A DNA stretch of 64,000 nt, taken from positions 88,848,001-88,912,000 of the forward strand of contig CM052817.1 in NCBI GenBank assembly GCA_028534125.1. Reading direction: 5' to 3'. The DNA comes from Lama glama (Eukaryota). Positions 11,893-25,913 of the stretch are shown here, piece by piece. Position 1 is the first letter of the stretch. Every line of letters starts with the position of its first letter. The position numbers were made by a program, and so were the translations under genes. The notes beneath the pieces were generated by a model that saw only the letters and a program-made list of their open reading frames with translations, ran no database searches and had not been told where the DNA came from.

Positions 11893-14489
11893 TACTGTTA
11901 GAACATTCCTACATGCTGAAGAAGAACTTTTTCATTTTTTAAAAAGCAGAATAGAACAGACTATTGAGTTCAGAGGAAATGTGTGCTTGTAATTTTAAAT
12001 AGGTTAATCAAGGCATCCCTAAGAAGAGTATCCTTGAGAAAATGATATTTCAGTAAAATCTGGAGCAGGTGAGGAGGGTGGCCATTTGATATCTGGAGTG
12101 GAGGATTCCAAGCAAGGAAGAGTCAGCCAAAGTGTGAAGCTAGGAGAATGCCTGAAGCATTGGCTGAAGAGCAAGGAGGTGATAACAGCTGAAGGACTGC
12201 TTTGAAAGAGAGGGGAGTTGCAGAGGAGGTCAGGATAGTAACGGAGAAACATTTCCTTTTGGTCTTCAGAATATGTGTAAGGATTTGTGCTTTCACACTG
12301 AACAAAATGGGAAGTCACTGCAGGAATGACAGACATTTCAAATCAACTTCACTGATTGCTTATTTGTGAAGAGACAAAGGAAGACGGGGGATGATAGCCA
12401 AAAAAAAAAAAAAAAAAAAAAAGAAGGGGAACAACTACCTATTGGTGTATAGAAGAGACTAGAGTCCAGAGATGAAATGGTTCAGACCCTAATGATAGCA
12501 ATGGAAGTGGTGAGAACTGGTAACTGGATATATTTTAGAGATATAGGATATGGAGCTTGAGGGGGAAACAGGGAATCAATTGTCTAAACATACTTGGCAC
12601 AAGCAACTAGAAGTATATCAGGAGTACCCCTAACCTTTATTACTGAGATGGGAAAGAATGCAGGAGTAGATATTTTGGAGGGGGTGATTAGTTTTGACAT
12701 GCTGAATTTGAGATGACAATAAGATATGGAGATTTTACAAAGGCAGTTATACCTATGGGCCTGGAATTCAGAAAAAAGATCCAAGCAGGAAATAAGAATG
12801 TGGCAGCTGACAACATATACATGGTAGTCAAAGCCAGTCCACAGGATAAATGGACCAAGGACTCAGCTCTTGGTTGCCAGGAATGTTAAGAGGGTGGGGC
12901 AAGAGTAGGAATTGGTAAAGATGACTAAGAAGGAGCTACTAGTGTGGAAGGAAAAAAAAAAAAAGACAGTTGTGTTCTGATATCCAAGGGAAGTAGTGCA
13001 TCAAGGTTGAGAATGTTAAATTGTGTCATAAATCAATTAAAAAGAAAAATAACTGATAAACTGATACGAAATTTGACAATGTAGAAATCATTGGGGAGAT
13101 TTATGTGGAACTCTGGAGCAAAATCTCAGTTGGAATGGATGTAAGAGAGAATAAGCTGTGAGAACTTGGAGATGCATAGCACAGACAATTATTTCTTAGA
13201 CTTTTACAATTAATAAAAATAGCTGTGGCAGCTGGTGGCTCAAAAAAATGATGTTTTTTAAAGATGTGACAGTAACATTATGTTTTTATAATGATGGAAA
13301 TTGCCTATAGACAGAAAATAATTGCTGATATAGCAGAGAGCCCCAAAGTATTCCTGGGGCTATGTACTGAAGTACAAAGGGAAAAGGGGAGAAATTGTGT
13401 GAAAAACAGAAATTATTGAATTTAGGCAGAATTATGGCTAGTTCAAGTATGGTAACATGCAATACTACAATATCTTCAGATACTGGTAAGTAGGAATATG
13501 TGGCAGTGGGAATGTGTAGATTGTTTTGTTATTGCTTCTATTTTGACAGTGAGGGAGGAAGCAGGGTGTGAGTGGGTGTGAGTATATGGAAGGACTGACA
13601 ATAAAGGACCAGGTATGAAACAGTCCCATAGGTTGGGTGGGGGTGATTTAACAAGTTAAAAGTTGCATCCATGTCTGGTATCTTTACAGGCTCTTTTGAA
13701 CATTGTTATCCTGAATTAAATTGATACTAATCAACACAGTTATATATATTTTTTCAGTCACTTTTAATCACATATTTGCATGTGTAAAAAGGGGTGAATA
13801 CATGTGTTTAATCACGGTTTTAGTTTGCCAATATGTAAGGCAAAGCACAGAGGTATCAATCAAGGGCCAGTTCTTTATTTATTCATCATCAAAATATCAA
13901 GATTGTGTGGTGATTTTCCCCAAGATATAATTTTTTTTTTTTAATTTGACACAGACACACACAAAAACCTTTTCTTCATAACCAAGAGCTTTTTCCATTT
14001 TATTGCCAGGATCTAGTGATGCAAGTATCTTTCAAATGATGATCTAGCTCTACTGTCACACAGTGCCCCTAGTTGACGCTAATTTATCCTGTACACCACC
14101 AGCAGATTAATCCCTATAATGTACAATTTACAAAGAATATATTTGACAATTTAAAAAATCATGCATGCCTATTAAGTAAAAGAACAAATGACAACAGGAA
14201 ATTTTTCTTCTAACCCTATCAACAATGAAGATTTTTACCTCCTTTTTGTATGTTATTTTCCACATAATTTTGTGAAAACATATACTTTCAAGAAAAGAAA
14301 TTAATATTATTTATATAGTGATATTTAACAAGTCATAAATTTTAATATTTCTTGCTTTAAAAATTCAAATTATTTAATAATTCTCTATTTCCTAAGGTAA
14401 TTTTTTATTTTGCATTCAAAGCCCTTCACTAATTTCCACACTCATCTTCACTTATGTTTCACATGACATAGATAAGCTGCTGATAACAA

Positions 14490-15060
14490 ACATATTTATT
14501 TCTCTAGTTATGACTCTCCCCTCAGCTTGAAATTCCTATATTCTTCTTGCTCTTACCTCTTTCTTGATTTTTATTTGGATATTTAATAGGAAATTCAAAT
14601 AACGTCTGCAAATACCTTGTTTCAATTCTACCATGTTCCAGTACCAGTTTGTTCCTCCCTGTATTCCATATCCTGGTAAACTGCACCATTATTCATCCTG
14701 GGGCTCATTCCCAAACATGAGAATCTTTGATTTTCCTCCTCCTACTGCTCCTATCCATCATCAAATACTGTCAGTTCAACCTTCAAAATACAGACTCAAT
14801 TGCACAATCTCTCATTTCAGAGAGCTCTATACAACTCCTTGTCTGGAGTGATCCTTTCAAAGTAAAAAACTATTCTACAGCTTTTCATCGAAGTTAGAAT
14901 AAGATCCGAACTTCTACAGTGCCCTGCAAGCATCTTACCTAGGAACTTTGCGCTTGAGATTGTCTTCACCAGAGAAACTCTTCCCAAAGATCTTCTCACT
15001 GTCTCACATAAGCATTTTTCAAATGATGCTTCCTCAGAGATGTCTCTCATAACTTTTCCA
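14490..15060 (+). mobile_element. LINE-2 fragment
   Basis: L2 body motifs (TTGGATATTTAATAGG, AATCTTTGATTTTCCTCC, CATCAAATACTGTCAGTTCAACCTTCAAAATAC). Confidence 0.65.
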
Positions 15061-16964
15061 TGTACAATAGTCACTCAGGGTTCCTCATGGGAAAAAATGG
15101 GGACATATGTAATGTTAATACTCACTCAAATTGAAATGACAACTCCACACTGTGGCAAGTGTAGGCTGGTGTATGGGCCAACTCTCGGAGATTTCTGGTC
15201 TGGGGTCACCTGTGTTCTCTCCTACTATGCCCTTCTGGGCCTTCACCAGAGTCTTTCCTACCCGGACCTCAGTAGATGGTGGGCACTGAAACACACATTT
15301 CATGCAGTAGGTGCCCATAGCACCTTTAATGTTTTTGACCATAATGAACCTTAGTCAAGAAAGAAAACTCAGTTAAACAATATATTGCTTAATGAAAGTA
15401 AAATCATTCAATCTGAGTATAAAATTCAAAAAATTCAGTAAATTAGGTATTTTTTAAAATTAAGCAGTCTATTAAAATGTTTTATCAGTTCTAGTCAAAG
15501 TAACGTTATAGTTTCAACTATGTACGTGATATACTGTCAAGATTATGGTTAATTTCCTTAAAGATACAGTGAGTAACTCATTAATAGCTGAATTTCAAAT
15601 TTGATATTCAAAACTAATTCAAAACAATTATCATTAGCTATCTTTTAGCTTATGTATTTTAAACTGTTTGAAATGTTATTTTAAATATCTGAATTTTTAT
15701 ATCAAAGTTATTAACTTAAAATTATTATTTTAAAAATAGCAATGGAAAGAAACTAATCTCTGTATTAGTCGGACACATGCTAATATTTAAAGGTATACAG
15801 TTGCATTTCTCTTGGTAAAAGAAGACAATTCAATCCTTAAATCTTCAGGTTGAAAACGGGACAGTAACTGTAAATCTTGTTGACATGATTTCCCCGTGCT
15901 CTGACAAACATTTAAGTTTGTAGTTGAATAGCCAACACTCATTATCTATTACTTGTTTACTTTGAATCTTAGAGAATACATCATTTTTCTCTTTTATTTC
16001 AGCCCCTCTAGTAGGTCAATATTACCAAGTATGAAGAAGATGACTACATTCATTATATTTATTAATAGCATACATATATATATCATATCGTTTATATATA
16101 TGTTGTGAGTGTGTGTATATATACATATGTGTTACATATATAAAGTCTGTGAAAAGAACAATTCTTCTTTTAAAGGTAAGAATTCTTAAGTAAATGTTTT
16201 AGGATTATTAGTAACATGGATAGACTGTTTCTAGCATGGTTTAGTCTAGGCAAATGTATCTTTCTCTGTTCCTTAAACAGATTAGTTTTGGGAATAGCAA
16301 GAGGGTACAATTTGTCTAACAGATCTTCACTATGCAAGGGGCTGTATATACTCCAGCCTTAATACATCAATGACTTCACAGTAAAGTTTATTAATATCTT
16401 AGTGTCCCAGATGTCTTCTGATATATCTTAGCTCAAATACTAATATTTGTCTGGAAATTCAGGGAACTAGTCTGAAAAAAATTAATTCTTGATAGCTCCA
16501 TTTATTTTCTGTTGAATCTATTCGTAATAATCTAATTTAAAGATGAGAGTAGGACTGAGGGAACAAAAGAAAGATGAAGGATTCTATATCTTGCTGACAG
16601 GTTTGGCTGCCGATGACCTCTTATTCTTCCTCTGATTTCCCATTGTTCCACAAGAGCTTGTGCTGATCAGAACAAGAATTCTCTAGCATCTGTCATGTAG
16701 CATTAATATTACCTCTTACTTCTTATGACATTGACCTACAAATAAATGACAGCTAAAAACTACACAGTTCAAGCTCAAACAGGTATTTTGAATGATGACA
16801 GTTTGAACATTAGGTACTTTACAATATTAAATCCATACAAATCCTAGATCAGGAAACATTTTCTGGTATGGGATAATAAAATAGATATTCTGAATATGTG
16901 AGCGATAATTGTAGATAAGGCTTTTTTGAAGAATAGTCCTCAGATAGTTTCTTTTCTAACCTCA

Positions 16965-19080
16965 TATTAAATGTTCTCCTTTATCTTTTGTCATACGGTT
17001 TGTCTTGAAGTTTATTTTATTAATGTAGACACACTACCTTTCATATGTTTAATGTTTGCATAGATTCTATTTTACTTTAAAAGTATTTGTATACTTATAT
17101 TTAAAGTGTGTATCTCTTAGTGAAAGGAATAATTATTCCCGGCTTAAATTATTATTGTTATTTTAAAATCAGGTCTGATGATATATACTTTTTAATTGAA
17201 TTATATACTGTTAATTCTGTTTATCTGATGTTACTATAATGTAGTTGGACTAATATTTACCAGTCTCCTACTATCTATCTCTCTATATATCATTTATCTA
17301 TCTATATTTATTCGCTTTTCTGTTTCTATTTATCTCCTTTCCATCCTTCTCTTGGATTGAACAACTATTTTCTGTTTAATATTCCTCTTAAATTTCTTTG
17401 TGCTATCCAGTTCCATATCTAATTTGTTATTGCTCTTGGGATTATTCTGTGTATTTTTAATTTATTAGAATATAAAGTTAATCTTTCAATGCTTTATGCA
17501 AAATGTAAGCACATTGCAACAATAGTTGTTCATTTATCTCAAATTTGTTGCACCATGGCCATATACTTTACATCTATATATGCTATAAACCTAACCATAA
17601 AATGTTATATTTTTTGCATTAAATTATCAGTTCTATAATTAAAGTAATTAATTAGAGAAGAAACACAAACTTAGTCTTTCTCAATTATCCAATCTATTTA
17701 TCAGTCTAGTGTCTTGAGTCTGTCCTTTGATCAGTTCCATCTGGAGTCATATGCTTCTGTCTGAAAATTTCCCACAGCAGTTTTTGTGTTGCAGGTCTTT
17801 TGGTGACAAATTGTTTTCTTTACTTTTCTGAATATATTTTCGATTTATTTTCCTTTTTGAAGACATTTTGACTGGACATAGAATTTTTGTTTTTACTTGT
17901 TTGTTTGTCCAATAAATACCCTAAAGACATTGGTTCACAGTGTGCCAGCATTTGTTTTTTTCTGATTCTCGAGAATTTCACTGTTATCTGTATCATTATT
18001 CTTCTATATTCAGTGTGTCATTATTTCTTTGGCTGCTTTCCAGATATTTATTTTTATCTCTCCTTTTAAGAGATTTAATTATAATATGCCTAGGTGTGAT
18101 TTTATTTTCATTTAGCCTGCTTTAGGATTTTGGAGTGACATAAATCTGTATATTTGTGTTTTCCTTCATGCTTTGGACATCTTTGTCTTTATTTCAATAT
18201 GTATATATTTTTTCTCTTTCTCATATTTTTCTCTCCTCTCCTGGGACTGTAATTAAACATACATTAGATCTATTGGACATCCAATTTATTCGTTTTTTCA
18301 ATCTGTTTTTCTCTCTGTAATCTATATTGGATAATTTCTATTATTAATCTATCTTCAAGATCACAGAACTTTTCTTTTGTCATCTTCAATATCCTGTTAG
18401 TCACATCCAGTAAATTTTAATTTCTTAAATCTTCAATTTTGTTGTTTTAAAATTTTTCTTTCCTTTCTTTTTTTTTACTTACTAAGATTTTCTTTCTTTC
18501 AGGTATTTAAACATATTTACAATAACTGCTTTAAACCCTTTGACTGCTAATTTCTATCTCTGGTTTTCTTAGGATCTATTTTTATTTATTTTTTATTGTC
18601 CATGAGTTATAGTTCCCTACTCCATCATATACCTAATCATCTTTATGGTTTATTGGACACTTTTGGATGATATACTGTAGACTCTTGGTTATTCTATTTT
18701 CACTGAAGAGAAATGATTTCTGTTCAAGCAGATGGTGAGACTTTTGGCTGCTCACCTTTAACTTGTATAAAGTTTTGAATTTAGGGCTTTAGAGTGGGCC
18801 TGTTTCACTTTTGCTCTTATCTTCCATAGAATCCATGGATCCTTAATGCAATCTTCCCTTGTTAGGCAAAGTTCTTTTAAGGTTTCACTGGAAAGACTGA
18901 TGTGGTTCCCAAGGCCCTCTATGTTGAAGATACTCAAACTGCTAAATATGCGCCTTGTATTAAGTAGCTATAAATGTCTGTTCAACTTATTCATGCTTTG
19001 ACATGTGTTTTTTCACCAAGCTCCATGGCATCTCGTTCAGGGGTTAGCCAAGGATTTGATGGGAGATTAGGTTTGGATCT
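16965..19080 (-). mobile_element. Ancient L1 (L1M/L1ME) ORF1/5'-ORF2 region, antisense
   Basis: T-rich plus strand with antisense L1 motifs (TTTTTGAAGACATTTTGACTGGACATAGAATT, GATTTAATTATAATATGCCTAGGTGTGATT, GGATAATTTCTATT). Confidence 0.7.
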
Positions 19081-22000
19081 TTCATTAATTTTTTATGAAC
19101 TAAGCTATTCAAAAGAAGGTTGACTAGACTTTAAAAATGTGATTTTTAAGGATTTCTTTTGTAAGAATTTTAGGGAATATTTTCATTTATATGTCGAAAA
19201 AATATATATTATATATATATTCCCTGCAATACTTAACCTTTATATCCTTGTCTGAAACATTCATTATATTTGAAGAAAATTCTGTGGAAATCCAATTTCT
19301 TCTTATTTTTATAAAACTGACTGATAATAAGTATAATTGCAAAGGTATATGGATATTTTGTATATATGTACTTTTCATAAATTCACTAAACTTAAAATAT
19401 TAGTAAACTATTTTAAAAACTTGTATATGTAAAATAATATATCTGTAAGAATAATCTTTTTGTTTTTCAGGTTCTTATTTTGATATCATATAGTTCCAAC
19501 TAACAACCTTGGATTGTTTAAAGTAAAATGAAAATTGGTATTGACTGACCCCCAACATCCAAATGGCTATATCCCAAGTATCCTTTCTTAATAGGGTCTT
19601 TGGAACTCAGGTGTATTTTCCTATTAAAACACACACACAATGTTTATCATTCTTTAGTCCTAGACAAAACCATATTTTTTTCCATCTGTAATTAGATATT
19701 AGTCCTAATAGTGCTATAAAAGCTGGTAAGCTTCCTGCGAAAGTCACATTTAACCTCTAAACTAGAGCACCTTGAATACCTTTCTGCAATCCTGTTGGGA
19801 AGAAGGATTCCCACATTTATGATATTCGTGAGCATCCCTGTAATCTGGATCGATCCTCTTTAAGAAGGGAGAAAAAATACTGCAGACTTGCATTGATCAT
19901 AAATGCTATTAACTTCTTGCATGTCCCAGACTTCCTATTTTTCTTCAGATTCCATTAAATAATGTGTTCCTTTTCTGCTGTATTAATCTGTTTATTATCA
20001 TAAAAGTTAATCTAATTTCTCATGGATTTTTTTTTTTTGCCTTTCTTCCTCTAAAGTACAAAACTCTTTTGAAGTTCTCTAAAGGCTATTATTTGTTATA
20101 AGATGGAGACAGGTAAAATAAAAAGAGACAAAAGATGAGAATGAAGCATTTGCTATAGAAATAATGGTATGTGAAATCCAAACCCTAGAAGTACTGAAAA
20201 GGAGAGGAATCTCTTTGATCTCCTGCTCTTGAGACTACGATTGTGTCAGGAAGTAATCTATCTTAGAATACACAAGTCAAGACTAATTCACTTTAATGTA
20301 TTTAAATTATTTTACAACCTCCATTTGGTTATGTTCTGGCTTAAAGGTTCTGCAATAATTACAGTTACAAAAAAATTGAAAAGCTACTGAATTTTTTAAG
20401 TCTCCAGAGAAGATACATTTTATTTAAACAATTAACAAAAGCAAGATATGGTGAAAATAAGAAGATAAAGAGAGCTATGTAATGGTAACAAAATGAAATC
20501 AGGAAACATATAAATAATAACAATAGTAATAATAATAAAGATAATTAGCAGAGCCAATGTAAATTGGTACATTGTACATGAACCTTCCCTTCAAACTATG
20601 TGTGAATAGATAATAAAAAGCTGAAAAGTTAGGCAAATCACCAATTTCTAAAGGAGATTTACCAGCTCATGAAATTACAACAAACTAACCAACCAAAGCC
20701 AATTAATAAAGTCTATTAAGATTTGTTTCAGGCAAATGATTTTAATGATTTTTATAAACTCATGATACATATGTAATGTTTTCCCAGCCCCTAAATATGG
20801 AATGACTTCCAATGTTCTGTTTCTTACATTCAGACATCATTTCTAGTTTATGAACTTGCATTTATAAACTGTTCTTTGAGAAGTCTGTTAGTCATAAATA
20901 TTTATTTCCTTTATTATCTTTTCTTTAGAAAATACTTAACATCTATAGCATTGGATTTTTTATATTTTATAGACTTGAGCCAATGAGAAATTAAATATCA
21001 TTCAAATTATATTATAGTATGTATTTACTTATCAACTTGGTTCTTTAAAGCACAAAATAATGAAACTATCTTTTAGATATAATTTCCTAATGTACACAGT
21101 TTTTATTATTTCTCCCTGGAGTTCTGGATATTTAACATATCAATTAATAGATATCTATAGATGAATAACTCAAATCATAGAAAGAAAAAGATTCCCTGAA
21201 TTACTGATTGAATACATTTTCAATGTATTCTCCTGAAAGCTGCTATGAACTTTTCCGTTTTGGTTGCTACTCCTCTTCACACTCATTTCTGGGAATCCCT
21301 CATATGCCCTTTTTTCCTCTTGGGGGTTGATTAAAACACAGTCAATGGAGGGCATAGTTGAACTTCATTAAACCATGACTGATCAATAATTCTCTTTTTC
21401 TATAGTATAATCTACTTAAAACAGATAAATGAATTTGGTTTTTGGTGTGTCCAGTTCTTTATACGAACTAAATACTTAAACTTTAATTAATTGCAGTGCT
21501 CCTCCCCTGCAAATAAATATTTTGAATAAAAACTAAGGTCATGATTAGAATAATGAAGGCAGTAGCTATCATATAAAATTTAATTTCAGTTTAGGTAATA
21601 AAAAGGATATATAGTAATAAATATACCTTCTGGATTTTTAATAAAGAATTATTTTTCCCATACCAGCATTCCCCACTATTTCTTAGACTATTTTAAATTC
21701 ATAATCTATAAAACATAATCACCTAGCTTCCTTACATGAAGAGTTTTGTGAAAATCAGAATCGTAGAATCTATATGATTAGTTTATTAGCCAACCTTTTC
21801 ATATTATATAAAACTGTTCTCTTTACTGTGTCTTTGCCTGAATTCTCTTATTTTTTTAGACTGTGGGATTTTTAATTCCATAATCACATTTCACTGACAC
21901 TTTTTAAATTGATTTTTAAATCTGATTATTAATGTGCTTTTTTAAAAACACAAGAAAAATTTTTCCTCATGATTATTGTTACAAGAGTAATAGTAATCAA

Positions 22001-22780
22001 AGAATGGAATTAATGACATTACTTCAATGACTCAAAAATAATCATTTGAAATATCATGCATTCAATTTCTAAAAACTGACTAAAAGATAAAGCTCACTAT
22101 TTTTGCCTATGTTTTTAAAAATGATACTTTAATGGGAACGTTTTAGTTTATTCATTTATAAATTAACACTACACAATTAAGTAACAGTTTGTTGAAAATA
22201 AGTTTTGTGAAAGCTTTGAGATATACACATTTGAAAAATATTACCTCAGTCACAATTTTAATTCAACTAAATCAAATTAACAATTATATTTAAATTATGA
22301 CTCAGTGATCTATTTTAAAACTTGCAATTACACTTCCCTTTGATAAATCAGTTACTGTTGTATAGTAACAAAGTTTCATTATCAAATAAACACATTTAGA
22401 ATATCTATGGATGGGGAGCTGCAATGCTAGAATAAAGAAAATAAAGCATAACTAAAATTTGTTTCCTGAAAGGAAATTTCCAAAATCTAAAGTTTATCAC
22501 TACCTTCTCCTTTCTCCATTTAGTAATAAGACCATTTGCTGACTTTCATCAGTATTTTAGTGTCATTTTGCTTTTGCATTTCCTACATTTGTCATAATTA
22601 TTATTAATGTTTATAAATTTCATACTTGTTCATTGTATAATCAGAAGAGTTTTACTATTAATCATTAAATAATTTAAAACTTAGTAATCTTATGATGTTT
22701 ATATTTCAAAAAATTGTATTTCATTATAAAAGTGATATAAAAATCAAATGGTTCCCTGGAATAAATCCCATTTTATATCT

Positions 22781-23952
22781 GTCTCAGCAATATTTTTTTG
22801 GATCTGTCTTCTTAAGCAAGGGCAACAAAAGCAAAACTGAACAGATGGGACTACAGCAAATTAAAAAACTTTTGCACAGGAAAGGAAACCATCAAGAAAA
22901 CAAAAAGGCAGCCTACTGAATGAGGGAAGATATTTGCAAATGAGATATCTAACAATGGTTAATACCCAAAGTATATAAAGAACTTACACAACTCAACATA
23001 AAAAAACTGATTAAAAAATGAGCAGAGGACGTGAATAGATATTTTTCTAAGGAAGATTTACAGATGGCCAATAGACACATGAAAAGACGCTCAGTATCAC
23101 TGATCACCAGGGAAATGCAAATCAAAAACACAGGGAGATATTACCTCACATCTGTCAGAACGGCAATGATCAAAAAGACAACAAATAACAAGTGTTCAGC
23201 TGGATGTGGAGAAAAGGGAACCCTCCTGCACTGTTGCTGGGAATGTAAATTGGTGCTGCTGCTATGGAAAACAGTATGGAGGTTCTTCAAAAAACTAAAA
23301 AGTAGAACTACTATGTGATCCAGTAATTCCACTTCTGGGTATTTTTCTGAAGAAAATAAAAACACTAATTTAAGAAGATACATGTAGCCCTATGTTCACT
23401 GTAGCATTGTTTACAATAGCCAATATATGGACACAACCTAAGTGTTCATTGATAGAAGAATGGATAAAGAAGATGTGGTATATATACACAATAGAATATT
23501 ATTCAGCCTTAAAAAGAAGAAATCTTGTCATCTGTGACAACAAAGATGGTCCAAGAGAACATTATGCTAAGTAAAATAAGTCAGAAAAAGACAAATACCA
23601 TATGATTTCACTTATATGTGGAATCTAAGAAAACACAACAGAACAAAACAGAAATAGACTCACAGACACAGAGAAAAAAACTGGTGGTAGCCAGAGAGGA
23701 TGAGGGTGGGAGTGATGAGCAAAATAGGTAAAGGAGAGTAAGAGGTATAAACTTCCTGTTATAAAATCAGTAATTCATAGGATATAATGTACACTGCAGG
23801 GAATATAGTTGATAAAATTGCAATAACTTTGGTGACAGATGGTTACTAGACTTATCATGGTGATCAATTTGTAATATATATAAATGTTGAATCACTACAT
23901 CATATACCTGAAACTAATATATAGTTATGTTCACTATACTTCAATTAAAAAG
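22781..23952 (+). mobile_element. 5'-truncated L1 (ORF2 C-terminus plus 3'UTR), laurasiatherian/artiodactyl age
   Basis: ORF 23031-23318 ([19 protein letters not shown]...[17 protein letters not shown]...WKTVWRF) and ORF 23392-23574 (MFTVALFTIA...WTQPKC...WIKKMWYIYTIEYYSA) are L1 ORF2p C-terminal motifs. Ends in CAATTAAAAAGAAG. Confidence 0.95.
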
Positions 23953-24067
23953 AAGTCTAATGCTTTACAATCATTTTCTTTCTTGGTTATCCAAACTGAA
24001 GCATCTGTAACTAATATAGAATCAATCATAGCAAAATGTGTAATGAGAATAATTTCTTGGGCTTTTT

Positions 24068-24432
24068 TTTAAATATTTTTTATTGATTTATAATCATTTT
24101 ACAATGTTGTGTCAAATTCCAGTGTTCAGCACAATTTTTCAGTCATTCATGGACATATACACACTCATTGTCACATTTTTTTCTCTGTGATTTATCATAA
24201 CATTTTGTGTATATTTCCCTGTGCTATACAGTGTAATCTTGTTTATCTATTCTACANNNNNNNNNNNNNNNNNNNNNNNNNNNNNNNNNNNNNNNNNNNN
24301 NNNNNNNNNNNNNNNNNNNNNNNNNNNNNNNNNNNNNNNNNNNNNNNNNNNNNNNNGTAAGTCTATTCCACACTGTTTTCCACAGTGGCTGCACCAAAGT
24401 GCATTCCCACCAGCAGTGTAGGAGGGTTCCCC
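24068..24432 (-). mobile_element. Young 5'-truncated L1 (camelid-type 3' end) with perfect 13-bp target-site duplication; spans a gap
   Basis: Reverse poly(A) and 3'UTR at 24068-24256; ORF2 C-terminal antisense sequence at 24357-24432. TCTTGGGCTTTTT occurs at both 24055-24067 and 24433-24445. The minus-strand target reads TT/AAAAA. Confidence 0.9.
24257..24356. other. Assembly gap (100 N)
   Basis: N run. Confidence 1.
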
Positions 24433-24899
24433 TCTTGGGCTTTTTAATGTATAGATTTGTGAATTCCAGAACGTAGTTACAGGTAAGAGTGACTGTCTCT
24501 GTCTTAAACTGCTAATATTTATAGGTACAGCTGCAGGATAACAAATATAACCAGCACTAACTGGAGCACTTGAAATAAACAGCCTATCTGAGTGGATTAA
24601 TTACTGTGGTTCTCTGTAAGGCATTGTTCAGTAATCCTATTCCTTGAGTATTATGTGACAATCAGTGAAAATATACATTATGTATGATACACAGTGTGGA
24701 TTATACATCGTATGTACTTACACACACACTGTGTGTGTACTTACACACACAAATACATAATGTGTGTACCTAGGGAGATACAAGAAACTTTCTGTGAAAG
24801 ATTTCATGCAGGACCCCCCACACTCCAGGCTAGATAATTGTAACTTGGATTTGTCTATTACACTTTTCCTCTTTTTGAATTCATTTGCTGTTTAGTTAT

Positions 24900-25259
24900 T
24901 GTTTATAGACTGAGTATTTGAGTTTCCCAAAATTCATAGGTTGAGAATTATCCCCATTGTGATGTTATTTGGAGATGGGTTTCGGGGGAGTTGATTAGGT
25001 CATAAGAGCAGGGCCCTCATGAATGGGATTAGTACCCTTATAAAAAAGTCTGCAGGGACTTCCTTCCGTGCTTCTGCCATGCGAGGACACAGCCAAAAGA
25101 CAGCTATCTATTAACCAGGAATCAGGCTCTCATCAGACAACAAATCTACCCGTGTCTTGACCTTGGACTTCCCAGTCTTCATAATTGTGAGCATTACATT
25201 TGTGTTGTCTATAAGCCACTACATCTATTTCATTAGAGCAGCCCTGATGGTCTAAGACT
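24900..25259 (+). mobile_element. MaLR solo LTR (MLT1A/MLT1A0-like)
   Basis: GATTAGGTCATAAGAGCAGGGCCCTCATGAATGGGATTAGTACCCTTATAAAA...CTTGACCTTGGACTTCCCAG...CTAAGAC; about 360 bp. Confidence 0.88.
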
Positions 25260-25441
25260 GTTATGATTAAGATCAAAATGAAAACAGGGAGCTGAAATTT
25301 TCCTTTTGAACCTGTTCCTTATGTGCACGTTTTTTTTTTTTTTACCCCTAAATAAATTTCAGACTCAGCTCCAAAGAGAAAATTATTCTTATTGGGTTGT
25401 TCATCAATGCTTATTGTAACACACTCAAACTCTTCTAAATA

Positions 25442-25913
25442 TAGCTGTTTCTTGCTTCTTCCTCCACGTCCACTTTCCTACCTTGCCAGCCCTGCTCTTG
25501 ACCCAAGACAACCTCATACGCGGGCTATGTCTGCAGGACTCTCAGGCTCTCTGGCTTCTGGTTGAGTTGCATCAATGGTGAGCTTCAAGAGGAACACTGA
25601 AGGATGAAGGAGCGATAGGTCAGGAAAACTAGCCTCAGGATCCCTCCCAAGAGAGTCAACACAAGCTGGCTGTATTCCTTGAATACAGATGACAAATCTT
25701 CAAAGCCATTTCTTTCCTATGTAATCCATAACCCCACCCTCCCTTCATTTTTTTCCATTTCTGCTAGTGCTGGAATCTGCACTGACATTTAAGATTCCAC
25801 TCCACATCACTCACATCTTTATAAGGAATCCCCATATTAAAAAAAAAAAAAACCTTCAGATTACCTTAATTTGCATATATCATACACCTCCAGTTGGGAC
25901 TCTGACTGATACG
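25442..25913 (+). mobile_element. ERVL solo LTR (LTR33-like)
   Basis: CTCTGGCTTCTGGTTGAGTTGCATCAATGG and the terminal GGGACTCTGACTGATAC match recalled LTR33 motifs. Confidence 0.7.

Larger units (their letters stand above)
10785..13400 (-). mobile_element. Long LINE-2 fragment interrupted by a microsatellite and MER82
   Basis: Reverse L2 tail near 10785-10835; L2 body motifs such as GGAGCTTATAGTTT (11196), TTTTGACATGCTGAATTTGAGATG (12693) and GGACTCAGCTCTTGG. The purine-rich plus strand is typical of antisense L2. Confidence 0.7.

Noticed and set aside
14061..14079. CTCF-like motif on the minus strand (CAACTAGGGGCACTG)
   Set aside because: The core is one G short of the consensus spacing, which breaks the alignment.
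21170..21355. 61-aa minus-strand ORF in unique sequence
   Set aside because: No recognisable domain or convincing splice or promoter context.
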